Source: Actinomycetes bacterium
Lineage (GTDB): Bacteria; Bacillota; Sulfobacillia; Sulfobacillales; JAIMBI01
NCBI GenBank assembly: GCA_023565505.1
Contig: JAIMBI010000006.1
Span: 3,885-67,884, forward strand
Reading direction: 5' to 3'
Length of the DNA stretch: 64,000 nucleotides
The notes beneath the pieces were generated by a model. The model worked only from the letters and a program-made list of their open reading frames with translations. It was not told where the DNA came from and searched no databases. Position 1 is the stretch's first letter. Each line of letters starts with the position of its first letter. The translations under genes and the position numbers were made by a program. Of the stretch, positions 1 through 15,062 are shown piece after piece.

Positions 1-387
1 GACAGCGGACCAGATCCGCTCGGCATCGCTGCCGCGGCTCGGGCCTGTCACATGGCGGAGACGGTCACTGGAACAAATAGGCCGGATCCCGTCGTGGACA
101 TGGTCGAGGGCTCCGGGCCGATCAGTCTCATCTAGCGCCCCGCCGACCTCGGGATGTCGACGGGCATGTGGATCGCACGCCGGATCCGCCATCACAGGGG
201 GAACGCTCCGAGCGGGGGTTGCACGCAGATTCTCGGAGGGTCACCGGGATTCGCCGCTGGTCCCCAGGATCCACGCCAAGGTCGTCAGCCATCTCTCGTG
301 TGGATGGGCGTGTGGATCGGCGGACTCAGTCTGGAATGGACTTCCACAAGAAAGGCCCCGCATCCTTTGCAGGGCCTCAATTTTGGC

Positions 388-463
388 TGGCGCGCCCGGC
401 AGGATTCGAACCTGCGGCCTCCTGATTCGTAGTCAGGCGCTCTGTCCCCTGAGCTACGGGCGC
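388..463 (-). tRNA. tRNA-Arg(ACG)
   Basis: Minus strand GCGCCCGTAGCTCAG...CCTGACT-ACG-AATCAGG...GTTCGAATCC...GCGCGCCA; 76 nt cloverleaf with encoded CCA. Confidence 0.97.
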
Positions 464-533
464 CCGTGCTATCTGATGCTACCACGGAAGACACCCTTGC
501 TCAAGGGCGCCTTTCTCATGGCGCAGAGGAAAC

Positions 534-624
534 TGGCGGAGGGGGTGGGATTCGAACCCACGCTAGGCTATTCGCCTACTAGCGGTTTAGCAAACCGCCC
601 TCTTAACCTCTTGAGTACCCCTCC
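534..624 (-). tRNA. tRNA-Ser(GCT)
   Basis: GGAGGGGTACTCAAG...GCGGTTT-GCT-AAACCGC, long variable arm, GTTCGAATCC, GCCA end. Confidence 0.96.
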
Positions 625-698
625 GCGCGCACCCGCCATCGTACCACGAACCGCATGGTGGTTCAAGCACGGCCGTAAAGCGACTAAATTCCAAGATC

Positions 699-784
699 TG
701 GCGGAGGGGACAGGACTCGAACCTGCAAGCCCTTTCGGGCGGTGGTTTTCAAGACCACTGCGTTACCAGTTACGCTACCCCTCC
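699..784 (-). tRNA. tRNA-Ser(TGA)
   Basis: GGAGGGGTAGCG...GTGGTCT-TGA-AAACCAC, long variable arm, GTTCGAGTCC, GCCA end. Confidence 0.96.
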
Positions 785-1388
785 GCACCCTCAAGGTCAT
801 TCTAGCGGGGGCAGGGCCTGAGGTAAAGCCGCCGGCAGGATACGCCGGCATGCTATACTGCGTACGACCAAGGGGGTCGGACGTGCGTCGGGAACTGAGG
901 GTGGCCATCAAGTTGGGACTCTACGCCGGCCTGGTTGGCGTCCTTTTCGCGTTGCCGACGTTATCCGGCGCCTATCGGGTGTGGTCTGCCTTGGCCGGGC
1001 CGACCGCGTGGCCCGAGATTGTCGAGAACGCGGTCCCCGCGGTGCTCTTTGCGGCCATCGGCGGTCTTGCAGCGCGGCGCAACCTAAGCCCGTCCGTCCT
1101 CGGATTCGTCGTCGGCCTTATGTACGGAGGTATGCAGGGTCTTGCCCTATACCTCATCGCCGCGGCAACTCCTTACAAGACTGCGTTGGCCGACCGGCTT
1201 TGGCAGGCGTGGGTTGCGGCGGGGCGCCCGGCCTCCCTCACCGCCCGGACGTTGGTGGAGGCGCCAATCCTGCATCCCAGCCCGACGGCGTACATCGGCG
1301 GCGACATGGTGCAGATGGCCGTCGTCGGCGTCATAGCCGGGATCATCGGCGCCGCCCTGGTCCGTCGGACGCCGGGCCCGTCCTCCGA

Positions 1389-2660
<1,272 letters not shown>

Positions 2661-2684
2661 GCCATGGACCTCCTAACCTTCCCA

Positions 2685-2796
2685 CACGAAAATCTCGTCC
2701 CGCAGCGAGAGGGACGAGTGTGTTACGCGCGGTACCTGCCCACCGCGCTCCCCACGTCTTGCGCGGGCGGAGGTTCCTCCCGCAGCGCTTCAAATT
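2685..2796 (-). ncRNA. compact T-box-like attenuator leader of serS
   Basis: GGGCAGGTACCGCG (T-box-like) followed by CTCGTCCC...GGGACGAG-ATTTT terminator; short 5' hairpin containing UCC; bulge deviates from UGGN. Confidence 0.6.
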
Positions 2797-2802
2797 GCTC
2801 TC

Positions 2803-2831
2803 ATGCTAGAGAACGGCCGCTTTGGTGTCAA
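2803..2831 (-). promoter_or_regulatory. sigmaA promoter of serS
   Basis: TTGACA-17 nt-TAGCAT on the minus strand. Confidence 0.75.
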
Positions 2832-2909
2832 GCCGGGCCGGCCGCCAGCCGGGGGGTATAATACTCTCAGACTAGGCCAGCCATCCGGTTAGGAGAGAAA
2901 GCAACGAGC

Positions 2910-5339
<2,430 letters not shown>

Positions 5340-5356
5340 ACGGGAGGCGCACACGG

Positions 5357-6259
5357 GTGGCTCAGCAGGAAGAAAACCTCCAAAAGGGCACGTTTGGGGT
5401 CAAGAGCGGCCTGGCCGAAATGCTCAAGGGGGGCGTCATCATGGACGTCACGACGCCCGAGCAGGCCGTCATCGCCGAGCAGGCCGGTGCCGTCGCCGTC
5501 ATGGCGCTGGAGCGAGTGCCGGCCGATATCCGGGCCGCCGGAGGCGTGGCCCGGATGGCGGATCCGCGCATCATCAAGGAAATCATGGCGGCGGTGAGCA
5601 TCCCCGTCATGGCCAAGGTCCGCATCGGCCACTTTGTGGAAGCTCAAGTGCTGGAGGCGCTGGAAGTCGACTACATCGACGAGAGCGAGGTCCTCACACC
5701 GGCCGACGACCAGTATCACATCGACAAGTGGGCCTTCAAGGTCCCGTTCGTGTGCGGCGCGCGCAACCTGGGGGAAGCGCTGCGACGCATCGCGGAAGGA
5801 GCCGCGATGATCCGCACGAAGGGCGAACCGGGTACCGGTAACGTCGTGGAAGCGGTACGGCACCTGCGCACCGTCAATGCCGAGATCCGCCGGGTGACCA
5901 ACGCGCCTCCGGAAGAACTGGTGACCATCGCCAAGGAGCTGAACGCACCGCTTGAGTTGGTCCGGCGGGTCAAGGAGCTCGGACGGCTGCCGGTCGTGCA
6001 CTTCGTGGCGGGGGGAATCGCCACGCCGGCGGATGCCGCCATGATGATGCAGCTTGGCGCCGACGGCATTTTCGTGGGTTCCGGCATCTTCAAGTCCGCC
6101 AATCCGGCGGCCCGGGCCCGCGCCATCGTCCGGGCCACGCTTCACTACAACGACCCCAAGGTGATCGCCGAGGTGTCGACAGACATCGGCGAGGCCATGC
6201 CGGGACTGGAGATGTCCACCCTGGGACCGGCGGACCGGATGCAGGAACGGGGTTGGTAA
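5357..6259 (+). CDS. pdxS: pyridoxal 5'-phosphate synthase lyase subunit
   Basis: [35 protein letters not shown]-terminal MQERGW; GTG start after GGGAGG. Confidence 0.97.
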   Translation: MAQQEENLQKGTFGVKSGLAEMLKGGVIMDVTTPEQAVIAEQAGAVAVMALERVPADIRAAGGVARMADPRIIKEIMAAVSIPVMAKVRIGHFVEAQVLEALEVDYIDESEVLTPADDQYHIDKWAFKVPFVCGARNLGEALRRIAEGAAMIRTKGEPGTGNVVEAVRHLRTVNAEIRRVTNAPPEELVTIAKELNAPLELVRRVKELGRLPVVHFVAGGIATPADAAMMMQLGADGIFVGSGIFKSANPAARARAIVRATLHYNDPKVIAEVSTDIGEAMPGLEMSTLGPADRMQERGW

Positions 6260-6263
6260 CTCC

Positions 6264-6866
6264 GTGAGAGTCGGGGTTTTGGCGATCCAGGGCGACGTGC
6301 GGGAGCACCGTCGCATCCTGCAACAGCTTGGAGTCGATGCACCCGAAGTCCGGACCCCGGCGGATCTGGAGGGCGTGGACGGGCTGGTCATCCCCGGAGG
6401 CGAGAGCACGACCATCGGTCTCTTGATGGACGAAGCCGGGCTCGTCTCCGTCCTCCGTACCCGGATCACAGGCGGGTTTCCGGTCTACGGCACGTGTGCA
6501 GGGCTTATCCTGCTTGCCCGCGATGTGGAGGGTCCCGAACCCCGGCGCATCGGACTCATGGACATCACGGCGGCGCGGAACGCCTTCGGGCGGCAGATCG
6601 CATCGTTCGAAGCCCGTGTCCCGATTCCCGTGCTGGGCGCGGAGCCGTTTCCCGCCGTGTTCATCCGAGCGCCCCGGGTCACCCGCGTGGGCCCGGGCGT
6701 CAGACCCTTGGCGTATTGGCAAGGGGAAGTCGTGATGGCGGAAGAGGGATCGATGCTCGTCTCTTCCTTTCATCCGGAGCTGACGGCGGACCTCCGGGTC
6801 CACGAGTATTTCCTGCGCAAGGTGACCGCGTATGTGGAGCGGGAGACGATGCAGGCGAAGGGATGA
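6264..6866 (+). CDS. pdxT: PLP synthase glutaminase subunit
   Basis: GVLAIQG, PGGESTT, GTCAG, FIRAP and FHPEL motifs. Confidence 0.97.
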   Translation: MRVGVLAIQGDVREHRRILQQLGVDAPEVRTPADLEGVDGLVIPGGESTTIGLLMDEAGLVSVLRTRITGGFPVYGTCAGLILLARDVEGPEPRRIGLMDITAARNAFGRQIASFEARVPIPVLGAEPFPAVFIRAPRVTRVGPGVRPLAYWQGEVVMAEEGSMLVSSFHPELTADLRVHEYFLRKVTAYVERETMQAKG

Positions 6867-6880
6867 GCGGGGCTCATCCC
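6860..6880. terminator. hairpin between convergent pdxT and gyrB
   Basis: GGGATGAGC-GGG-GCTCATCCC perfect inverted repeat; no strong U-tract. Confidence 0.5.
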
Positions 6881-6923
6881 TTCCCTTCGCCTGCTCCTGA
6901 CCACCGTCGGGGTCCTGCGCCGG

Positions 6924-8855
<1,932 letters not shown>

Positions 8856-8909
8856 TCACTCGCCGGAGGCGAGCGTTCTTTCATTATTATTTTAGCATCG
8901 CTGCAGCCG

Positions 8910-9161
8910 TCACTCCGAGGGAATCGCGTGCCGCGCCCGCCGAGCCAGGGTCACCGGCGCGATGGGCGACACCCACAAGCGGTCTTCCGTCAGAATCAGG
9001 GCCTTGCGTTCAGTCGGGTCGAGGTCCTCGACCTTCCCCTGGCCCTTCAGGTGGGAGAACATCTGCCGTGTGACAGGCGACACGGCCAGGATGTCCGCAT
9101 CCAGGATCGCGATGATGGAACTTGCTTCCACCATGCGGTCGCCGCCAATGTGCACATACAC
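8910..9161 (-). CDS. remB: RemB/DUF370 family protein
   Basis: MYVHIGGD...IIAILD...VSPIAPVTLARR; canonical position between recF and gyrB. Confidence 0.85.
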   Translation of the reverse strand: MYVHIGGDRMVEASSIIAILDADILAVSPVTRQMFSHLKGQGKVEDLDPTERKALILTEDRLWVSPIAPVTLARRARHAIPSE

Positions 9162-9175
9162 GCGTCCTCGCCCTC

Positions 9176-9547
9176 TCAGTCGTCCGACCGAATCTCCTGC
9201 GCGAGCGCCCGGAGGCGGTCCACCGCGTCCCGACGTCGTGCCGCGTCCGCTTGAGCGGCGTCGGAGGTCCGGACCACGAAGCGGACGCCCGTCACGTGCG
9301 TGGCCGAAAGAGCCGCGTTCAGGTGCTCCACCAGCGAGCCACGGATATACCATAGCTCCTGGCTCCAGGCCGGGGCGGGCACCGAGACGGTCAGCTCGCC
9401 GTTCAGGAAACCGACCGGCCACGCGACGCGGGCCAATGGCTCGCCCAAAACAGCGGGCCACACCGCCTGGATCTCCAGCAACGCTTCCGCAGGCTGCCAG
9501 CGATAGCGGCTGGCCATCTCTTTTAGGATATCCCGCAGGACTCTCAT
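9176..9547 (-). CDS. DUF721 / DciA-family protein
   Basis: W..V.GE.LA...P......L.V......W.QEL pattern; directly downstream of recF. Confidence 0.8.
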   Translation of the reverse strand: MRVLRDILKEMASRYRWQPAEALLEIQAVWPAVLGEPLARVAWPVGFLNGELTVSVPAPAWSQELWYIRGSLVEHLNAALSATHVTGVRFVVRTSDAAQADAARRRDAVDRLRALAQEIRSDD

Positions 9548-10605
9548 ATAGCCTTACCCCATGGACGAACGCGGCCGGAGGTGACCTCGCAGACCAGCGG
9601 ATGGAGGGCCCCGAAAGAACGCACCTCGGTGCCCGTCACCACCGTCTGCTGACCCGCCTGGCTCATCAGGTGCAGGAGGGCAGACTGACGGCGGGCGTCG
9701 AGCTCGGACAGGACGTCGTCGAGAAGAACCAGCGGCCTGATGCCCGTGGCCTCCTCCAGCAGGGCCCGGCCGGCCAACTTCAAAGCCAGTGCGAGCGACC
9801 GCTGCTGGCCCTGGGATGCGTGCGTGTCCGCCGGCCGTCCGTTCACGGTGAGCCGAAGGTCGTCCCGATGCGGGCCCGTCAACGTCATCCCACGCGTGCG
9901 GTCCAACGGGCGGTTCTCCGCCAGGCGCCGGGCCAACCCGGACGTCGTGGGATCATCGGGATGTCCGCCGAGCTCGAGCGACACCGTCACCACTTCGGTG
10001 ACGGCCAACTCTGCGACCAGTGGTCCGAGGACGGTACCCAGCCGCCCGACGAGATCGAGTCGGCGTGCCCAGAGGAAGCTGCCGGCCTCCGCCAGCACGG
10101 CCTCGAAACTTTCCAGAACCGAGTCGGAGGCGCCTTCCTTCAGGGCCTTGTTCCGCTGCGAGACCGCCCGCTGGAATCGGCCCAGCTCATGGCGATACCG
10201 GGGACTCAGCTGGGCTCCGAGGCTGTCGAGGTAGTGGCGGCGGCTTTCCGGGGACCCCTTGATCATCCACAGGTCGTCGGGCGTAAAGGATACGGTGGGG
10301 ATGACCGGGCCGACGACACGGCGGCGATAGGGGGCCAGCATCACCGCCCGTTCAAGACGGTGCGGCCGTCCGCTCTCGTCCACCCATTCCCCCGCCAAGT
10401 GGTAGGCGGTTTCCCCGGTCGCCACCATGTCGCGCTCCGACTGTCCTCGCAGGGCGACCCGCCCCACCAACAGCATGATGGCCTCAAGACAGTTGGTCTT
10501 GCCCTGAGCGTTGGCCCCTACCAGAAGCGTCAGCCGATCGTCCAGCGTGAGATCCGTCACATCCAGGTTCCGGAAGTTCTTGGCCGAGAGGGTTCGGAGC
10601 GGCAC
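9544..10605 (-). CDS. recF: DNA replication/repair protein RecF
   Basis: NFRN, GANAQGKTN, GPHRDD, SQGQQR, LLDDVLSELD. Confidence 0.96.
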   Translation of the reverse strand: MPLRTLSAKNFRNLDVTDLTLDDRLTLLVGANAQGKTNCLEAIMLLVGRVALRGQSERDMVATGETAYHLAGEWVDESGRPHRLERAVMLAPYRRRVVGPVIPTVSFTPDDLWMIKGSPESRRHYLDSLGAQLSPRYRHELGRFQRAVSQRNKALKEGASDSVLESFEAVLAEAGSFLWARRLDLVGRLGTVLGPLVAELAVTEVVTVSLELGGHPDDPTTSGLARRLAENRPLDRTRGMTLTGPHRDDLRLTVNGRPADTHASQGQQRSLALALKLAGRALLEEATGIRPLVLLDDVLSELDARRQSALLHLMSQAGQQTVVTGTEVRSFGALHPLVCEVTSGRVRPWGKAI

Positions 10606-10606
10606 G

Positions 10607-11716
10607 TCAGACCAACTGCCTCAGCGGCAGGACAATGTGGAAGTAATGGGGGTTGTCGGCTTCGCTGACCCGGGCCGGCATTTGGGGTCCCGCGAACTCC
10701 CAAACGAGGTCATCGCTCTCAATGGACTTCAGAGCCTCCACAAGCAAGGTCGGGCTGAAGCTCAGATCGATCTCGCGTCCCTCGCCGGCGACGTCCAGGA
10801 CCTCGTACGTCTGTCCCAGCTCCGAGGCCTCGGTCGACACCTCCAGCTGGCCTTCGGCGTACTTCACACGGATCGAGGCGCTGCGATCGCGGTGGGCGAG
10901 CAAGGCCGCCCTGTCCACCGCCCCTTTGACCAGTGCCGCAGGTGCCCGCAGCGACGTCACGTAGGCCGGCGGTAGGACCCTTTCGTAGTCAGGATACCTT
11001 CCCTCCAGCACCACCGTGGTCATCGTGCCCTGCTCGGTGGTAAAACGGACCAGATGCCCGTCCCCCTCGACGATCACGGGTTCGAGCCCGGCCAACCGCG
11101 CTGCTTCCTGCACCGCCCGACTGCTGACGACGGCGGTCGCGGTGGAGTCGGCCAACTCCGGAAGCGGGACCCAGCTGTGCGAAAGGCGCGTCCCGTCGGT
11201 ACTGACCCAAACCAACTTGCCTTCCGTCAGCGTCATGTAGACACCCTTGAGGATCGGACGTGTGTCGTCCCGGGCACACGCGAACAAGGTCTGCCGCGCT
11301 ATCCGGGGCAGGCTTCCCGGAGGCAAGGTCATGCGGAACAGAGGGCGGTCCAGGCCAGGGAATCCCGGCCGGTCTTCGGGTCGAAACCCCTGCAGATCGA
11401 TGCGGCTGCGACCCCAGGACACCGTAGCCCGCGTGCCCGGACCGTCCGCCAGAACCCGCAACTCCGCGGCCGGTACCCGCGCGACCAACTCGGTCAGAGT
11501 ACCGGCCGGGAGAACGATCTCGCCGTCTTCCTCGCCGCGCACGGGTACCGTCGTCCGGATTTCACTGACCATGTCGGTCGCCGTGATGGTCAGCTCCGAA
11601 CCGCGAATCGACAGAAGAAGCCCACTGAGCGCCGGCACGGTGTTTTGCGGGTTGACGACACGTGCGGCCGTCTGCAGGGCCCGGGCGAAAAGCGGTTGCT
11701 CGACGACAAACTCCAT
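10607..11716 (-). CDS. dnaN: DNA polymerase III beta sliding clamp
   Basis: ATD, RPILKGV, STDGTRL, GRYPDY, C-terminal VLPLR; downstream of dnaA. Confidence 0.95.
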   Translation of the reverse strand: MEFVVEQPLFARALQTAARVVNPQNTVPALSGLLLSIRGSELTITATDMVSEIRTTVPVRGEEDGEIVLPAGTLTELVARVPAAELRVLADGPGTRATVSWGRSRIDLQGFRPEDRPGFPGLDRPLFRMTLPPGSLPRIARQTLFACARDDTRPILKGVYMTLTEGKLVWVSTDGTRLSHSWVPLPELADSTATAVVSSRAVQEAARLAGLEPVIVEGDGHLVRFTTEQGTMTTVVLEGRYPDYERVLPPAYVTSLRAPAALVKGAVDRAALLAHRDRSASIRVKYAEGQLEVSTEASELGQTYEVLDVAGEGREIDLSFSPTLLVEALKSIESDDLVWEFAGPQMPARVSEADNPHYFHIVLPLRQLV

Positions 11717-11759
11717 GGCTTTACCGCCTCCGAGAAGCTTTGATCCATCCGATCAAGCT

Positions 11760-11990
11760 TTGAAAAGATCGTAGCCGTAGTAAAGGCTGGGGACATGGGG
11801 ACAAGTGGCCGAGATCGTTGTCGGACGGGCATGAAGGCTGGGGATAAAGCGGGGAAAAGTGGGACCTGTTGTCCCCCGTATCCACGGGATACGGGTGGCG
11901 GAGGCATCCGGCGGTGGATAAACGGAAAGTCGTCCACACGATCTGCATACTTTGTCCCCGCTTCGTCCCCAATTTTCCCCCAGGGTGTCG
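11760..11990. other. oriC, dnaA-dnaN intergenic part: DnaA-trio-like tract and degenerate DnaA boxes
   Basis: GTAGCCGTAGTAAAGGC-TGGGGACA-TGGGGACAA resembles the trio/GC/tandem-box unwinding module; further boxes TGGGGATAA (11839), GGTGGATAA, TTGTCCCCG, TTTTCCCCC. Confidence 0.8.
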
Positions 11991-11993
11991 CCT

Positions 11994-13403
11994 TTAGCGG
12001 TTCTTGATCCGTTTGGAAAGTTCTTCCAATAGGTGGTTCAGCGCAGGGTCGGCTTGACGATCCCGGCTCACCTTGTCGTAGGCGTGCATGACCGTTGTAT
12101 GGTCGCGTCCTCCGAACTCCTCGCCGATCTTGGGGAGACTGGCGTCCGTCAGCTCGCGCGCCAGGTACATGGCGATCTGCCGGGGGAAGGCGACGGCACG
12201 GGTACGGCGCTTGGACTGGAAATCTTCGGGTTTCAAGTCGAAGTGCCGGGCGACCTCCTCTTGGATGGCACGAATCGTCACCGGGCGCGGCCGAGTGAGC
12301 GAGACGACATCCTTCAAAGCCTCCTGGGCAACGTCGAGGGTCAAGGGCGCCCGGGTTATGGAGGCGTACGCGATGACACGGATCAGGGCACCTTCCAGCT
12401 CTCGGATGTTCGTGTCGACGCGGCTGGCAATGAACTGTAGAACCTCGTCCGGAACGCTGAGCCCCTCCATCTGGGCCTTTTTGTCGATGATGGCGATCCG
12501 GGTCTCCAGGTCGGGGGGTTGGATGTCGGTGATGAGCCCCCACTGGAATCGGGAGCGTAGACGCTCCTCAAGCGTCGGAATGTCCTTCGGAGGCCGGTCC
12601 GAGGATATGACGATCTGCTTGCGGGCGCCGTGGAGCGCTTCGAACGTGTGGAAGAACTCCTCTTGCGTCCGTTCCTTGCCCGCGACGAACTGAATGTCGT
12701 CGATGAGCAGAACGTCGATGGTACGGTACCGTTGCCGGAACTGGACCATCTTGTCGTCCCGGATGGCGTTGATTACCTCGTTGGTGAAGGTTTCGGCGGA
12801 GACGTAGAGGACCCGGCCATCGGGGCGGTCCTGGAGGATGCGGTGCCCGATGGCGTGCATGAGGTGCGTCTTGCCCAACCCAACGCCCCCGTAGATGAAG
12901 AGAGGGTTGTAGGCCCGGCTGGGCATTTCGGAAACGGCGAGACATGCCGCATGGGCGAATCGGTTCGAATTGCCCACGACGAAGGCCTCGAAGACGTACT
13001 TGGGGTTCAGACGGGCAAGATACTCGTTGGGTCCCGAAGGCAGGGGAGTGTCGGTGACAGACATCCCAGGGGAGGGATCGGCGTTGGAGGCCGGGGCCGT
13101 GGTTCCGACGGGCCACGAAGAGGATGCGGACTGGCCGACCGGAGCCGGGGCAGGCGCCGGTGTGAGGCGCACCTCGGCCGGGTGCCCGACCACGGATTGC
13201 AGGGAGGCCTTGATGAGCGCTCCGTAGCGCTGGGCTAACCAGCCCGAAGCGAACTCGCTCGGCATGGTGAGGACCAGCACGCCGTTTTCGTAAGACTGGG
13301 GTTCCACAGCCTTGATCCATGTGTCGAAGACGGGGGTTCTCACCTGTTGGCGGAGACTCTCAGTGATTTTCGCCCAAAGAGCGTCGATCCCGAGGTCGAA
13401 CAT
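11994..13403 (-). CDS. dnaA: chromosomal replication initiator DnaA
   Basis: YNPLFIYGGVGLGKTHL, LLIDDIQF, RLRSRF, NIRELEGAL, GGRDHTTV. Confidence 0.99.
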   Translation of the reverse strand: MFDLGIDALWAKITESLRQQVRTPVFDTWIKAVEPQSYENGVLVLTMPSEFASGWLAQRYGALIKASLQSVVGHPAEVRLTPAPAPAPVGQSASSSWPVGTTAPASNADPSPGMSVTDTPLPSGPNEYLARLNPKYVFEAFVVGNSNRFAHAACLAVSEMPSRAYNPLFIYGGVGLGKTHLMHAIGHRILQDRPDGRVLYVSAETFTNEVINAIRDDKMVQFRQRYRTIDVLLIDDIQFVAGKERTQEEFFHTFEALHGARKQIVISSDRPPKDIPTLEERLRSRFQWGLITDIQPPDLETRIAIIDKKAQMEGLSVPDEVLQFIASRVDTNIRELEGALIRVIAYASITRAPLTLDVAQEALKDVVSLTRPRPVTIRAIQEEVARHFDLKPEDFQSKRRTRAVAFPRQIAMYLARELTDASLPKIGEEFGGRDHTTVMHAYDKVSRDRQADPALNHLLEELSKRIKNR

Positions 13404-13429
13404 CCGAGCATTGCCTCCTAATCGATCAA

Positions 13430-13500
13430 CAGGGCAATTAACAAGTAGTCCACACGATTATCCACAGCCTGTTAATATCTCCCCGAAAAAGATAGATCCC
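13430..13500. promoter_or_regulatory. DnaA boxes upstream of dnaA (second part of oriC / autoregulation)
   Basis: Perfect TTATCCACA near 13458 plus TAGTCCACA and TGTTAATAT variants. Confidence 0.75.
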
Positions 13501-13601
13501 CCGGTCCGGGCCCGGAGGGGTACGCCTATCATAGCAAATTCCGGTGGACCTGGCCAATTCGGGAAGGGGTTTCCAGAGGAAGTTTTCGGCAGCGGCTTAC
13601 C

Positions 13602-13630
13602 TTGACCGGCTTTTTGGGTGTGGCTATAAT
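13602..13630 (+). promoter_or_regulatory. sigmaA promoter of rpmH operon
   Basis: TTGACC-17 nt-TATAAT. Confidence 0.8.
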
Positions 13631-13663
13631 GTAGGCGATTTGCGCGGCGGGAGGTGAGCTGGC

Positions 13664-13798
13664 GTGAAGCGAACGTATCAGCCTAACCGGCGTCACCGGG
13701 CCAAGGTGCACGGCTTTCGTCGGCGGATGTCCACCAAGGCAGGCCGGAGAGTCTTGAGCCGCCGCCGCGCCAAGGGCCGGAAGCGACTCGCCGTGTGA
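13664..13798 (+). CDS. rpmH: 50S ribosomal protein L34 (not in ORF track)
   Basis: GTG start after GGAGGTGA; [44 protein letters not shown]. Confidence 0.98.
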   Translation: MKRTYQPNRRHRAKVHGFRRRMSTKAGRRVLSRRRAKGRKRLAV

Positions 13799-13801
13799 GG
13801 G

Positions 13802-14143
13802 ATGCTCGTCGAGCGTCTTCGACGAAGGCAGGAGTTTGCGGAGGCGTTTGCGAGGGGTCGCTCCTACGGAGATCGGCTGATCGTCGTCTTCGTCCTGGAG
13901 GGACCGGAGGATAGAACGGCGGTTGGATTCGCGGCGGCGCGAGCCGCCGGGGGATCGGTCAAGCGCAACCGGATACGCCGTCGGCTCCGGGCCGCATTCG
14001 CGGAAGTGAAAGACCGCGTGCGACCGGGCCGGCGAGTTGTCATTTTAGGGAAGGTCGGCGTGTTGGACGCCCCATGGAGCGAGGTATGTCGAAGCGTCAG
14101 GATGGTGCTCAAGCGGGCGGGATGCTTGCAGGAGGAGGGCTAG
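13802..14143 (+). CDS. rnpA: ribonuclease P protein component
   Basis: [17 protein letters not shown] motif; position after rpmH. Confidence 0.93.
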   Translation: MLVERLRRRQEFAEAFARGRSYGDRLIVVFVLEGPEDRTAVGFAAARAAGGSVKRNRIRRRLRAAFAEVKDRVRPGRRVVILGKVGVLDAPWSEVCRSVRMVLKRAGCLQEEG

Positions 14144-14358
14144 TCTTTCCGCGCCTGCTGCTCGTGGGGCTCATCCGGCTGTACCAGCGTTGGATTTCCC
14201 CCATGACGCCACCAGCCTGCCGTTATATCCCTACATGCTCCCAGTATGCGGTGGAAGCCGTGGCGAAGTATGGCGTGCTACGCGGGGGATGGCTCGCGGT
14301 TAGGCGCGTCGGGCGGTGTCATCCGCTCCACCCGGGTGGGTACGACCCCGTACCGTAG
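14122..14358 (+). CDS. yidD: membrane protein insertion efficiency factor YidD
   Basis: [34 protein letters not shown]; start uncertain. Confidence 0.92.
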   Translation: MLAGGGLVFPRLLLVGLIRLYQRWISPMTPPACRYIPTCSQYAVEAVAKYGVLRGGWLAVRRVGRCHPLHPGGYDPVP

Positions 14359-14378
14359 GCGAGGAGGCCGAAGGAAGA

Positions 14379-15041
14379 ATGGCAGTTTGGAACGGGTTTC
14401 TACACGTCCTGACGCTCGGCTTCATCTTCTTCACGCACCTCACGGGGAATTACGTACTCGGCGTCGTGCTCCTCACGGTGGTGGTGCGGCTGATCTTGCT
14501 CCCGCTCGGCATCTCGCAGGTCCGGTCGTTCCAGAAGATGGCGCGGCTGGCTCCCAAGCAGCGGGAGCTGCAGGCCAAGCACAAGGGGAACCCGCAGAAG
14601 CTGCAGCAGGAAATGGCGGCGCTCTACAAGGAGGAAGGGGTCAATCCCGCAGCCGGATGCTTGCCGCTGCTCCTCCAGCTTCCCGTCATGTACGGGCTCT
14701 TCGATGTCCTGCGCAGCTTCCCGTATCAACATGGAAACGGGTTATGGATCTGGCAAAACCTCGGGCAACCGGATCCGACGTTCACGTTGGCCATCCTGGT
14801 GGCGGTGAGTACCTTCTTCATGCAACGGCAGGCAACCAAAATGAGTCCGCCTCAGCCCGGGATGGAACAAAGCCAGAAAATGATGACCTGGATGATGCCG
14901 CTCGTTTTCGGCTATGTTGCCTACAAGCTCGCGGCCGGTCTCTCGATCTACTACGTGGCCTCGAATCTTTTTCAGATCGGCCAGACCAGCCTGCTGTTGA
15001 GAACCCCTATCGACAGCAAGACCTCCAAGGCGAGCACGTAA
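14379..15041 (+). CDS. yidC: membrane protein insertase YidC/Oxa1
   Basis: VRLILLPL, LYKEEGVNPAAGCLPLLLQLP, GLSIYY..SN. Confidence 0.95.
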   Translation: MAVWNGFLHVLTLGFIFFTHLTGNYVLGVVLLTVVVRLILLPLGISQVRSFQKMARLAPKQRELQAKHKGNPQKLQQEMAALYKEEGVNPAAGCLPLLLQLPVMYGLFDVLRSFPYQHGNGLWIWQNLGQPDPTFTLAILVAVSTFFMQRQATKMSPPQPGMEQSQKMMTWMMPLVFGYVAYKLAAGLSIYYVASNLFQIGQTSLLLRTPIDSKTSKAST

Positions 15042-15062
15042 CAAGAGAGACAACGACCCGCC

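Noticed and set aside
154-911. Short ORFs over the tRNA cluster
   Set aside because: They are translations of tRNA genes.
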